Shown here: in pieces, positions 40,179 to 48,855 of the stretch
Position numbering within the stretch: position 1 is the stretch's first letter
Layout of the letters: each line of letters starts with the position of its first letter
Source of the DNA: Candidatus Caenarcanales bacterium
Lineage (GTDB): Bacteria > Cyanobacteriota > Vampirovibrionia > 2-02-FULL-35-15
Direction: 5' to 3'
Assembly: GCA_020050435.1 (NCBI GenBank)
Contig: JAGVKQ010000010.1
Location: 55,355 to 119,354, forward strand
DNA: 64,000 nt
Position numbers and translations under genes: made by a program
Notes under the pieces: model-generated
What the model was told of the DNA's origin: nothing
Seen by the model: only the letters and a program-made list of their open reading frames with translations
Database searches by the model: none

Positions 40179-40989
40179 TTAACCCTAAACACAAATCCTC
40201 AATCACAATTCTAGGTTGCATAAAGGCTTTTAATTTACCTTGTGCTTTTGTTAATTCTCTATATAAGCGAGAGTAACTTCTTTGATTTGAATATTTAAGA
40301 TCTTCATACTTTTCTATAGCTATCGTAGTAAGAAATTCTTTTAACTCTATTTCATTGTTTTCAAGTGTTTCTTTAATTAAGTTAGCTTTATCCAAAGACT
40401 CACTTATAGATGATGAAAATAAATCTATATTTGTTTTATCTGTATTTAGTGGAAGAATAGAACCACTAATAATTTTATTTAAGTAAATTAATTGGGATCT
40501 GCTTAGAATTGTAGGAAGTATATTGTTTTTTGATTTATTCCCAAAAATGAAAATTAGTTTTGCTGGGGATTCTTCTACAGTTTTAAGCATCAAGTTACAA
40601 CACTCTGCTGGTAGAGTATTCATATCTGAATCCGGGAAATACACTACTCTATAGCAATCAGTGCTTTTGCTTAGCTCATTTATTAACTCTCTAACCTCTT
40701 CTACTTTTACTTGTCCTTTTTTGCTTTTTTCATCTGGGGTGACTTTAATAAAAGCATGTGGGTGTTCATTCTTTTCAATCCACTTACAGTTTAAGCATTC
40801 ATTACAGGGCTTAGAAAAGCTATTCTTTTGGCAGTTTAGTATCTTTGCTAGTTCAGTAGCAAACAAATAACTATCTTCCTGATTCCTGCTAATTAAAATG
40901 TATGAATTGGCCAATTTTGACTGCTTAATGGCATTTTCAAGGAATTGTACAGGAATGGAATAATCTCTTTTTAAATAGTCTGAAAACAT
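40171..40989 (-). CDS. holB: DNA polymerase III delta-prime subunit (degenerate P-loop)
   Basis: Zinc module CQ...CNECLNC, SRC-like motif (TILSRSQLIYL), and AAA+ clamp-loader layout. Confidence 0.65.
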   Translation of the reverse strand: MFSDYLKRDYSIPVQFLENAIKQSKLANSYILISRNQEDSYLFATELAKILNCQKNSFSKPCNECLNCKWIEKNEHPHAFIKVTPDEKSKKGQVKVEEVRELINELSKSTDCYRVVYFPDSDMNTLPAECCNLMLKTVEESPAKLIFIFGNKSKNNILPTILSRSQLIYLNKIISGSILPLNTDKTNIDLFSSSISESLDKANLIKETLENNEIELKEFLTTIAIEKYEDLKYSNQRSYSRLYRELTKAQGKLKAFMQPRIVIEDLCLGLIT

Positions 40990-41023
40990 TGTGCTTTAAG
41001 TATAATATAAAGATAATAAACCA

Positions 41024-42241
41024 ATGGAAGACCTATACACATTAATCAAAGATTTAAAACCACTCTCTTCAAAGAAAGATATTGGACTTTTAATTCTTAA
41101 TCGATTAACCGCTTTGCTCAAACCAAACTATGCTTCATTTGTATCAAAAGAAAATGACTCATTAAAAGTTATTTGTCAAATTGGTGATGTTACTCCAGGG
41201 AAAAACATTTTTAATAAAGAAACAAGTGAAAATATTTATGATCTTGTTTGTGAGCAAAAAAAAACAACCACTTTGAAATTGGGAGAAAATGATTTATTCT
41301 TTTTTATTCCTTTGATTGATAATGTCCCTGAGTCTGATTATGAGCATGGAATGTTTGTTTTAAATTTCCCTAATGGAGTTCTTAATTTAGATGATGAGAT
41401 GAAAGAAAAAGTAAATTTTATATGTGATCTTGGAAGCCTTGCACTGAGTAGAATATTGATTCCAAGAGAGAAGAAAAAAGATAATGTAAATAATGAAAAC
41501 TCTTCCGAGCTTGATTTATTAAGCAAGGTTCAGGTGGCTATTTCAGGTACAAATCAAAATAAGAAAATTTTATTCAACGTTATAGAAGATGTAAATGCAA
41601 TTGCTGAGGGGAAAACCTGGTGGATTGATGAGCTGGGAAGTGATATAACTCTTGTATTAATTGCAGAAGCAAAATGTGAGGGACTTCCTGCTGCATTAAT
41701 TAATGGATATATTTTAGGTCTAATGAAAGGATTAAAAGGAAAAGCAGAGATAGCATTGAAGCCAGAAGAAGCATTAAAGTATTTAAATAAAGAATTAAAT
41801 CTGGTTTTTAAAGAAGCCTCATTATTAGTGAATGCATGGTACGGAGTCTTTAATTTAGATGCCAGGCGAGTTAGATTTGCAAATGCAAATCACCCAGAAC
41901 CTTATTTAATAGGACCTGAACAACAAGTTACAAGGTTAATAGTAGAAAAAAATAAAAATACCAATTCTCTTGGGTTGAATGTTAACTCAGATTACGCTGA
42001 AGGGAATTTATACATTTCATCAGGATCAAAGCTTGTTATCTTCACGAAAGACTTGTTGGAGAAAGCACAAAGTATAGGTGAAAAGCACGATCCCTATTGG
42101 CTTCCTCAAGTTTTGGAAACTGTTGGAGCTTTGCCTTTATCTGAAATGAGAAAAAGTTTGGACAACATATTATCAGAAAGCGCCTCTGGAACAGCTTTTG
42201 GCACGTCGCGTCTTGCCCTATTGTTAGAGATTCCTTCCTAA
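41024..42241 (+). CDS. PP2C-type (SpoIIE-family) serine phosphatase with N-terminal sensor-like domain
   Basis: The C-terminal half has the SpoIIE pattern (...VLIAEAKCEG..., NANHPEPYLI, ...LVIFTKDL...). Confidence 0.6.
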   Translation: MEDLYTLIKDLKPLSSKKDIGLLILNRLTALLKPNYASFVSKENDSLKVICQIGDVTPGKNIFNKETSENIYDLVCEQKKTTTLKLGENDLFFFIPLIDNVPESDYEHGMFVLNFPNGVLNLDDEMKEKVNFICDLGSLALSRILIPREKKKDNVNNENSSELDLLSKVQVAISGTNQNKKILFNVIEDVNAIAEGKTWWIDELGSDITLVLIAEAKCEGLPAALINGYILGLMKGLKGKAEIALKPEEALKYLNKELNLVFKEASLLVNAWYGVFNLDARRVRFANANHPEPYLIGPEQQVTRLIVEKNKNTNSLGLNVNSDYAEGNLYISSGSKLVIFTKDLLEKAQSIGEKHDPYWLPQVLETVGALPLSEMRKSLDNILSESASGTAFGTSRLALLLEIPS

Positions 42242-42257
42242 TTATAGAAATGGCGCA

Positions 42258-42557
42258 ATGAAAAAACCTCTCTTTGATTATATAGAAAAAGAGTTTGGCA
42301 CAAATGTCCAAACTTTAAATTTCCGCTTTCCAATTGAAACATTGGAAGGATTAATTAAACAATTTTATAAAGACTATGAGAAGACTTCGTTTTTAGTTCA
42401 TGCAAGCAATTCAGTTCCTGAGATTTCACTAAAGAAAATTACTAAATCTTATTTTTTAAATGTGCCTCTTGGCAATACTAATGAGCATTTGTATATTGGT
42501 CTCTCTGAGTTTTTATCATTTTTAATTATTTTTGATGAGCCTAAAAATCAATTTTAA
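42258..42557 (+). CDS. 99-aa ORF in the same frame as the downstream histidine kinase (separate gene or disrupted N-terminus)
   Basis: Only one TAA (42555-42557) and 8 sense codons separate it from the kinase ORF in the same frame. Confidence 0.35.
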   Translation: MKKPLFDYIEKEFGTNVQTLNFRFPIETLEGLIKQFYKDYEKTSFLVHASNSVPEISLKKITKSYFLNVPLGNTNEHLYIGLSEFLSFLIIFDEPKNQF

Positions 42558-42581
42558 AAAGATGAAAGCTCTAGATTTTTC

Positions 42582-43976
42582 TTGACATTTGAGCCTAAAA
42601 TTGTAGCTTCTGTTTTTGATCATTTTTATGAGAATTATTGTGGTGATTTGTCTTCGAAAGAAAAGAAACTCCTTCTGAATCTTAAATCAGTCCAAAGTGA
42701 AGAAATTGATTCTGGTCATGTGAATAAATTCCAGGAAGTTCTTCTTGTTAATGCATTGAATGAAAATAATAAAATAAAACAATTTAAAATTGCTGAAGCT
42801 ATTTCCTATACTGATGAGGCTGTTATTATTACTGATCTTTCTGGACTAGTCTTAGAGGCAAATAAAACGTTTGAAAAATACTTTGGACAACGTTACATGA
42901 AGTCTTCAGTGAAAAACTTGCTTCCAAAAGACTTTATCGAAGAAGCTTTTAGCACTGTCAATTTGAATAGTAGTTGTAAGTCTGAACTAAATCTTAAAAC
43001 CATATATGGTAAAAATCAACTTTTAAATGTAAGTTGTTATTCCTATAGAGATGAATTGAATAGACCTAATGGATTTGTATTTATTTTTAAAGATGTAACT
43101 GATCTTAAAAAACTTGATTATATAAATAAACAACTAATATCTAAATTAAGAGAAAGAAATGTTCAGTTGACTGATGTGAATAAAAGGCTCACAGATGCAG
43201 AAAAAATAAGAATTGATTTACTTTCAGTGATAAGCCATGAATTGAAAACACCTATATCTACGATAATTGGTTTTGGAGAATTGATTTCACAAAGAGAATA
43301 TGATTCAGAAACCATAAAAAACTTTGCCAATCATATTGTAGGTTCAGCCAACTCATTAAATAAGTTAATTTGTGACTATTTAGAAGTAGCAACTAATACA
43401 TTTGGTGTTTCTAAGGACAAATTGCAAACATCTCCAGTTAATGTAAAAGCTTTAATTGATGAGTGCTATAAAGAAGAGTCTAAAAACATTAAGGACTCAA
43501 AAATTGAGTTTGAAATAAGCTCAATTGGTTATGAACCCATAATTTTTAGTGAAGTGGAAAATGTTAAGAAGCTTTTTTCAAATCTCTTAAACAATTCAAT
43601 AAAATTTAGCCCTAATGCAGGGAAAGTAAGTGTTAAGGTTTTAAGTGATGGTGAAAAGGTCACTGTTTCAATTTCAGATGAAGGTATTGGGTTAACTTTG
43701 GAGCAAGCAAAACAAGTCTTTGAACCCTTTTATAGAGCTGACAATTCAATAACGAGACAATTTGCTGGTATTGGGCTAGGACTTTCAGTTTGTAGGAAGA
43801 TTGTTGAATTATATGGTGGCTCTATCTGGTGTGAGCCTGGCGTAGATAAAGGGACAGTCTTTTATGTGACTCTTCCTGTTAATCCGCATAAACCTCAAGA
43901 AATTAAAGAAAATAGTAATCAACTAAATAGCAATCAAAATTTTAATATTGATTTAGAATCAATGATTAAAGACTAA
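42582..43976 (+). CDS. PAS-domain sensor histidine kinase
   Basis: H box SHELKTPIS, N box LLNNSIKFS, G1 DEGIGL, G2 GIGLGLSV, and a PAS-like block upstream. TTG start as listed. Confidence 0.8.
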   Translation: MTFEPKIVASVFDHFYENYCGDLSSKEKKLLLNLKSVQSEEIDSGHVNKFQEVLLVNALNENNKIKQFKIAEAISYTDEAVIITDLSGLVLEANKTFEKYFGQRYMKSSVKNLLPKDFIEEAFSTVNLNSSCKSELNLKTIYGKNQLLNVSCYSYRDELNRPNGFVFIFKDVTDLKKLDYINKQLISKLRERNVQLTDVNKRLTDAEKIRIDLLSVISHELKTPISTIIGFGELISQREYDSETIKNFANHIVGSANSLNKLICDYLEVATNTFGVSKDKLQTSPVNVKALIDECYKEESKNIKDSKIEFEISSIGYEPIIFSEVENVKKLFSNLLNNSIKFSPNAGKVSVKVLSDGEKVTVSISDEGIGLTLEQAKQVFEPFYRADNSITRQFAGIGLGLSVCRKIVELYGGSIWCEPGVDKGTVFYVTLPVNPHKPQEIKENSNQLNSNQNFNIDLESMIKD

Positions 43977-44068
43977 TGTTATAAATATCACCCAAATAAC
44001 CTATAACCTGATATAACAAATCTGGAACTATCCTGTATACTTTTACTCAATAAGAACTAAAGAGTAAT

Positions 44069-45454
44069 ATGCAAACAAGATCAATTACGCCAACAATTGG
44101 TGGAAATTTTAATGTTAATGGATTATTATCTGGACAGTTTGTTTCAGATGAAGCTAGAGATTTGCCTATAAGAGTAGTCAGTACTATAAGTGAGCCCGTA
44201 AAACCAAAAAATGATATTCAAAGAAGTGGTAAATCTTTTTTTACAAAAGCTAAGTATGTAGGAATGGGATTTGGTTATACTGCTTTAGTTGGCTTTGCTT
44301 TAGTTAAAAGTGGTTTTATGTGGGGATTGGCTAACAAAACTGCTCAGGATCTTGGATTCGTTCCTACTCAGCAAACTCAAAGTGTAATTTCAGAAGATAA
44401 GCCCTTATCTGTTTTTAATGAAGATAAAGTCATTTTAAATAAAATCTTGTGGGGTGAAGGTCCTGATCATAAGAATCTATATCAAGGTGGTAGGCCTAAT
44501 TGTCAGGTTATGGGAGGGGTTCAATCAAAACTTTTAACCCCAGAGGGATATAAAGAATTAAAAAGTAGAGTTGAAGTAGTTAATTATAATTTAGATCATG
44601 ACAAATTTTTTATAGATACAGTTGTTCATTTGGCAAATGGCAGAGATGTTTCAGTATCTTATGATGAACTTCTTAAATGGATGAGTCCAAGAGATATTGA
44701 TCCTTCTACTACTACTGATGGTTCCTTAGCAATTCCAATTCTTACTTTTGCTCTGGAGAAAGAACTTACGGATCACTCTGGAGGCGTTCCACCTGCAATA
44801 CCCTCCTCTGTCCCAAATCTTTTAAATAATGAAAACTATTCTTCAGTGGCAATTTCGCCTTTTGTTATAAGTGGTTTCAATGATAGCGAACTAGTAAATA
44901 TTTTAAGCAAAGCTCCAGAAACACCAATTTTTGTATCTAGCTTTGCAAAAATTGCAAATGTAAATGAGTGGTTTAGTCGGGAGACGCCAGAGAAGTTTGA
45001 GTTCTTGCCAGTTTCAGAAGAAAAACAAGCAGCCTTTAAAATCTCAGCAGCAGAAAGAGTAAAACAAATATCAAGTAATCTCCCTGCTCAAAATCCTATT
45101 GTGATTCAAGTTTCTAAGCAAACTACAAATCCTGGTATTGTTGTGGCTAGCCTAGGTCCTCAAGCAGTTGTGGCACATGCTGATCCGGCTCCAGAGCCTA
45201 CTAGCAAATTCCCTGAAAATCATTTTTATGTAGTAAAAGATTTTGATCCAGTAACCCAAATGGTCTCAGTTACAGATTCTCATGGTACTGAATATAAACC
45301 GTTGACAATAAGAGAATTTAAAGAAACAATGACTCTTATTACTTTACCTACAAAAGAAATTCCTACTTTTACACAAGAAACTTTATTAGCATATCTTTTA
45401 TTACTATCGGCTATATCAGGACACGTAATAGTTAGAAGAGCATATAAAAATTAA
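44069..45454 (+). CDS. Orphan membrane-anchored protein, possible papain/calpain-like cysteine protease fold
   Basis: Q-x5-C (YQGGRPNCQ) and H-x18-D (NHFYVVKDFDPVTQMVSVTDSHG) are spaced as in clan CA peptidases. There are TM helices near the N-terminus and at the extreme C-terminus. Confidence 0.35.
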   Translation: MQTRSITPTIGGNFNVNGLLSGQFVSDEARDLPIRVVSTISEPVKPKNDIQRSGKSFFTKAKYVGMGFGYTALVGFALVKSGFMWGLANKTAQDLGFVPTQQTQSVISEDKPLSVFNEDKVILNKILWGEGPDHKNLYQGGRPNCQVMGGVQSKLLTPEGYKELKSRVEVVNYNLDHDKFFIDTVVHLANGRDVSVSYDELLKWMSPRDIDPSTTTDGSLAIPILTFALEKELTDHSGGVPPAIPSSVPNLLNNENYSSVAISPFVISGFNDSELVNILSKAPETPIFVSSFAKIANVNEWFSRETPEKFEFLPVSEEKQAAFKISAAERVKQISSNLPAQNPIVIQVSKQTTNPGIVVASLGPQAVVAHADPAPEPTSKFPENHFYVVKDFDPVTQMVSVTDSHGTEYKPLTIREFKETMTLITLPTKEIPTFTQETLLAYLLLLSAISGHVIVRRAYKN

Positions 45455-45672
45455 TTTTTAATTTTTACTTCAATTTCTTTTGCTAATTCTCTACCGATAG
45501 CAATTTGTTGATTCTTTTTTTGTATAACTATAGGGCCGCCTGGAAGTTTAGTTACTATGTGAATAATTTCTCCAGCTTCAATTCCAAAACGCATTGCTGA
45601 TTCCATGAGCTTACTTTCATTAATTGAAACAATTTCAAGTTCTTGCTTATTTGGGGCTGATTCTAAGTTCAT
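45451..45672 (-). CDS. FeoA-domain (SH3-like) small protein
   Basis: RFGIEAGEIIHIV...GGPIVIQKKNQQIAIGRELAKEIEV follows the FeoA pattern. No feoB is adjacent. Confidence 0.5.
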   Translation of the reverse strand: MNLESAPNKQELEIVSINESKLMESAMRFGIEAGEIIHIVTKLPGGPIVIQKKNQQIAIGRELAKEIEVKIKN

Positions 45673-45737
45673 GCATTAATTATAGAGGGGGGAGATTTGT
45701 ATAACTCATTTTTTACTGTTATTTTCTTTCCCTAGTG

Positions 45738-45743
45738 TATAAT
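45738..45743 (+). promoter_or_regulatory. Candidate -10 element (TATAAT, preceded by GTG) for the tRNA-fMet gene
   Basis: Perfect TATAAT 43 nt upstream of the mature tRNA 5' end. The -35 is poor (TTACTG at 19-nt spacing). Confidence 0.25.
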
Positions 45744-45785
45744 TAGCTTTGTCTTACACTGGTAAGATCGTTCATACAAAAATAT

Positions 45786-45840
<55 letters not shown>

Positions 45841-45859
<19 letters not shown>

Positions 45860-47595
45860 TCTTCTTGAAAGTAACTTAATCTAGATGCAACAGATTCTTT
45901 TGAATCTGAGCTTAAATCTCTGTTATCAATGTGCTTCCACGCTGATAGCGGATCACAATAGGCTTCAATAGTGACACATTTATTAAATGGGTCAAACTCA
46001 ATTCGTTTAATAAAAGTTTGTAAAATTGCTCTCTTTTCTTCATAGTTTGATTCTTCAAATAGACTAACAATGCTTTTAAATCTGTTTGTGAGACTATTTT
46101 TTGATGGAATTACTACAGGTCTTCTTATTCTTGTGAGTTCTTCTTGACAGCTAGATATTGATTTTTCCAATTCCTCTAGTCTAGACAATAGAGCTTGTAA
46201 TGCATTTTGAGGTGGATTTGTTGTTTCTAATGTTCTAAGCAAATTGGCTTTAGCATCTGTATCCAATTCAATTCTTTTTCTTAGCAGATCACAGTCATTT
46301 TTACTGACATTAGGAATATAAGATTTTAAAACCTCATTTATTGATTTTTCTATAATACTTTCATCATAAGTTAGCCCAATGCCTTTTAATACTTCAGCTT
46401 CAATCCAAGTGTAAGGTATGGTGTAAAGTGGTGCTCCACAGACTTTAGCCCCTTTTCTATCATAGGTGCCACACCTGTATCTTTTAGTCTTTCCTATTAT
46501 TTTTCCACCACAACTTGTACAAATAGAATATGGTGTTAGTAAATAAGCAGATTCTGATTTTTGTCTTCCTTGTGGTCTGGTAATTTTATTTGAAGGTTTT
46601 GCCATGTTTTGCAACATTTCATACTCTGATTTTGTTATCAATGCTGGATGTGCACTTTCAACTATTACTATTTCCTTGTCGGGCTTAATTTTTAATCCCA
46701 TTTGTCTTCTGTAACTACTCCAATTATGCTTGTTATAAACTCCTGTTCCTGTAAAACCAACATTTTTAGTAATCTCACAAATTGATGAATCTAACCAATA
46801 AGTTTTACGTGGAGCTGGAAGTTTCAACTCATTTAGATGGTCACGTATCCTATCAAAGCTCATACCCTTTTGTAACCTTAGATCGATTAAAATATAGCGT
46901 GCCCAACCTGCAATAGTTTTGGTTACAGGGTTCCCATCAATGACACAGGTAACAAGCTCATCGTTTTCAAGCCAAATAGTTTTAAGTAATGGGTCGCCAT
47001 TCCTCTTTTTCCCATATTCAATTCTGCCCCTTTTGTATCCATATAAAGGTAAGCCACCATTTTTAAAACACCAGCCAGTATCTTTATCTCTATCTTTTAC
47101 ATTTGTTTTACAACGGCTTAATACTCTTTCAGCGTGTTCAACATTATCAGCTTGTGCTTTAGCTTCCTGAAGAGCATCCATAAGTATTCCCATGGTAGAA
47201 TCTCTATTCTCGATATCTCCATGAACAAATCTTACTTCTATTCCATGTTTTTTAAGCTCATGTTTAAAATTAATACTACTTCTTCTATCCCTACAAAATC
47301 TAGTCTGGTCAAGTTGTAAAAAATATTTTATATCTGGATTAGAACAAGCCATTTCTCTTGATTTTTTAAAAAGCTCAGTATCACCACCAAACTTATATGC
47401 TGAAACAGCTTGTTTTTCTATAAACCAATAAATGTTACCGACATTTAATTTTATGGCAAGTTCTCTAACATTATCTACTTGAGTTTTTAAAGAATTTCTT
47501 ATTTCATCTTCTGAACCTTCAGAAACACGAGCCCTACCTATTGCTCTAATGGTGCTATCTGAAAGGAACTCAATTTCATAATCATTTTCATTCAT
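45841..47595 (-). CDS. Large serine recombinase (integrase)
   Basis: N-terminal resolvase catalytic region (IGRARVSEGSED, Ser25), recombinase domain, zinc ribbon (CTSCGG...RYRCG...CG) and a coiled-coil segment. Length 584 aa. Confidence 0.85.
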
Positions 47596-47609
47596 AATAA
47601 TTTACCTAA

Positions 47610-47792
47610 TTATAAATTAGATTGTTCGTCTATTTTATCTCCATTCTCTAAATCTTGATGTTTTTCTTTGTTTTTTGCTAACTCCTTGGGTATCCAGCCC
47701 ATACGATTAGCCATTATAAAAGCTAATCTTTTTACTGCTGCTTCAAGCTGTTTATCATCAAATGGTGTAAATTCGTATTTAACATTTCCCAC
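47610..47792 (-). CDS. 60-aa island protein, unknown (candidate directionality factor or regulator)
   Basis: ORF immediately upstream of the integrase on the same strand. No motif recognised. Confidence 0.3.
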   Translation of the reverse strand: MGNVKYEFTPFDDKQLEAAVKRLAFIMANRMGWIPKELAKNKEKHQDLENGDKIDEQSNL

Positions 47793-47829
47793 AAAGTTTT
47801 CCTCCTGTAATCCTCTAAACCCCTGATTT

Positions 47830-47853
47830 GGCCTTATTCCTAAGAATTAGGCC
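47830..47853. repeat. Hairpin GGCCTTATTC-CTAA-GAATTAGGCC (10-bp stem, one mismatch)
   Basis: Seen in the 64-nt gap between the 99-aa and 60-aa island genes. No U-tract follows it on the transcribed (minus) strand. Confidence 0.4.
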
Positions 47854-47856
47854 GTT

Positions 47857-48156
47857 TTAAAGATATCCTTTCATTTTGCTGTATCTTGATTTTAAGTATT
47901 TCAAGTCATGGCATTTTCTACAAAGAAGAATATCTTTTGTCTGTGGTTTATAAAGTGTTGCAACTCGTCTTTTACAAGCTGGACAAACAAACCACAATCT
48001 TTCATTTCCAAAGTGACATTTTGTAGAAGTTATATTAATGTCTTGTCCTAAAGAATCAATCTTAGACTTTAACTTTGTTTTCACGAATTCAGATTTGATA
48101 CTTCTGACCAATTCATTTATATTTAATTTTTGGCAATGTTCAATTAACAACTTCAT
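47857..48156 (-). CDS. Zinc-ribbon protein (99 aa)
   Basis: CHFG...CPACKRR...CRKCH gives two CxxC-type pairs. It overlaps the upstream ORF by 17 nt. Confidence 0.4.
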   Translation of the reverse strand: MKLLIEHCQKLNINELVRSIKSEFVKTKLKSKIDSLGQDINITSTKCHFGNERLWFVCPACKRRVATLYKPQTKDILLCRKCHDLKYLKSRYSKMKGYL

Positions 48157-48808
48157 AAAAATCTCCTAAATCATTTGGCTTTAATGATTCTTCTTTATTA
48201 ATAATTTGCTGGTTTTGAGCCAGGTAAGCATTATCAGCATTTACTCGTATATTTAATCTAGGTTGCTTTAGATTTCTTAGAAAAGTCAGTCCAGATTCAA
48301 ACTGCCTACTAGCCAACTCTATGCCTTTATAAAGTTCTTTAGCAACCCTTAGTTTTAAATCATTAAAAGAAAACTTATCAGGCTCTTCTTCAAAGAGCCT
48401 ATTCAGGTAAGATTCGTATCTTATTCCTCTCCAATATGCTGACACTATTCTATCTACTAGCATTAATTCTGAAGTTCCTTGGCATTTGTATTCTTTAATT
48501 AGATCTTGTCTAATCTTTGCTAATCCTTTTGCGTATGAAAGATTATTTACTATTGACTGGAGAAATACCCCATTATTAAGTCCAAAGGTCAAAATAAGTT
48601 CTTTGCCTAAGACTTCTTTTTTTTCTGCTTGTTCTTTTGATAAGTTCTTTAATTTTGAAAATTCATTAAACTCACTTAACCGATCATTTTCATCTAAAGT
48701 GGGAGCACTAAATCTTTCTTTCCAATTTTCAATTTCTGATAGTGTATTTTTAGTTTCGGCAAGTGCATTATTGTTTTTTATTTTACTTATCTTAGTTTTT
48801 TTACTCAT
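48140..48808 (-). CDS. Island protein (222 aa), unknown
   Basis: ORF in operon-like array downstream of the primase-helicase. Predicted to be helical. No motif recognised. Confidence 0.4.
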   Translation of the reverse strand: MSKKTKISKIKNNNALAETKNTLSEIENWKERFSAPTLDENDRLSEFNEFSKLKNLSKEQAEKKEVLGKELILTFGLNNGVFLQSIVNNLSYAKGLAKIRQDLIKEYKCQGTSELMLVDRIVSAYWRGIRYESYLNRLFEEEPDKFSFNDLKLRVAKELYKGIELASRQFESGLTFLRNLKQPRLNIRVNADNAYLAQNQQIINKEESLKPNDLGDFYEVVN

Positions 48809-48855
48809 TGTTTGATTCCTTTTTAATTTCCTATCGTTACAGTGTCGGATTTGCT

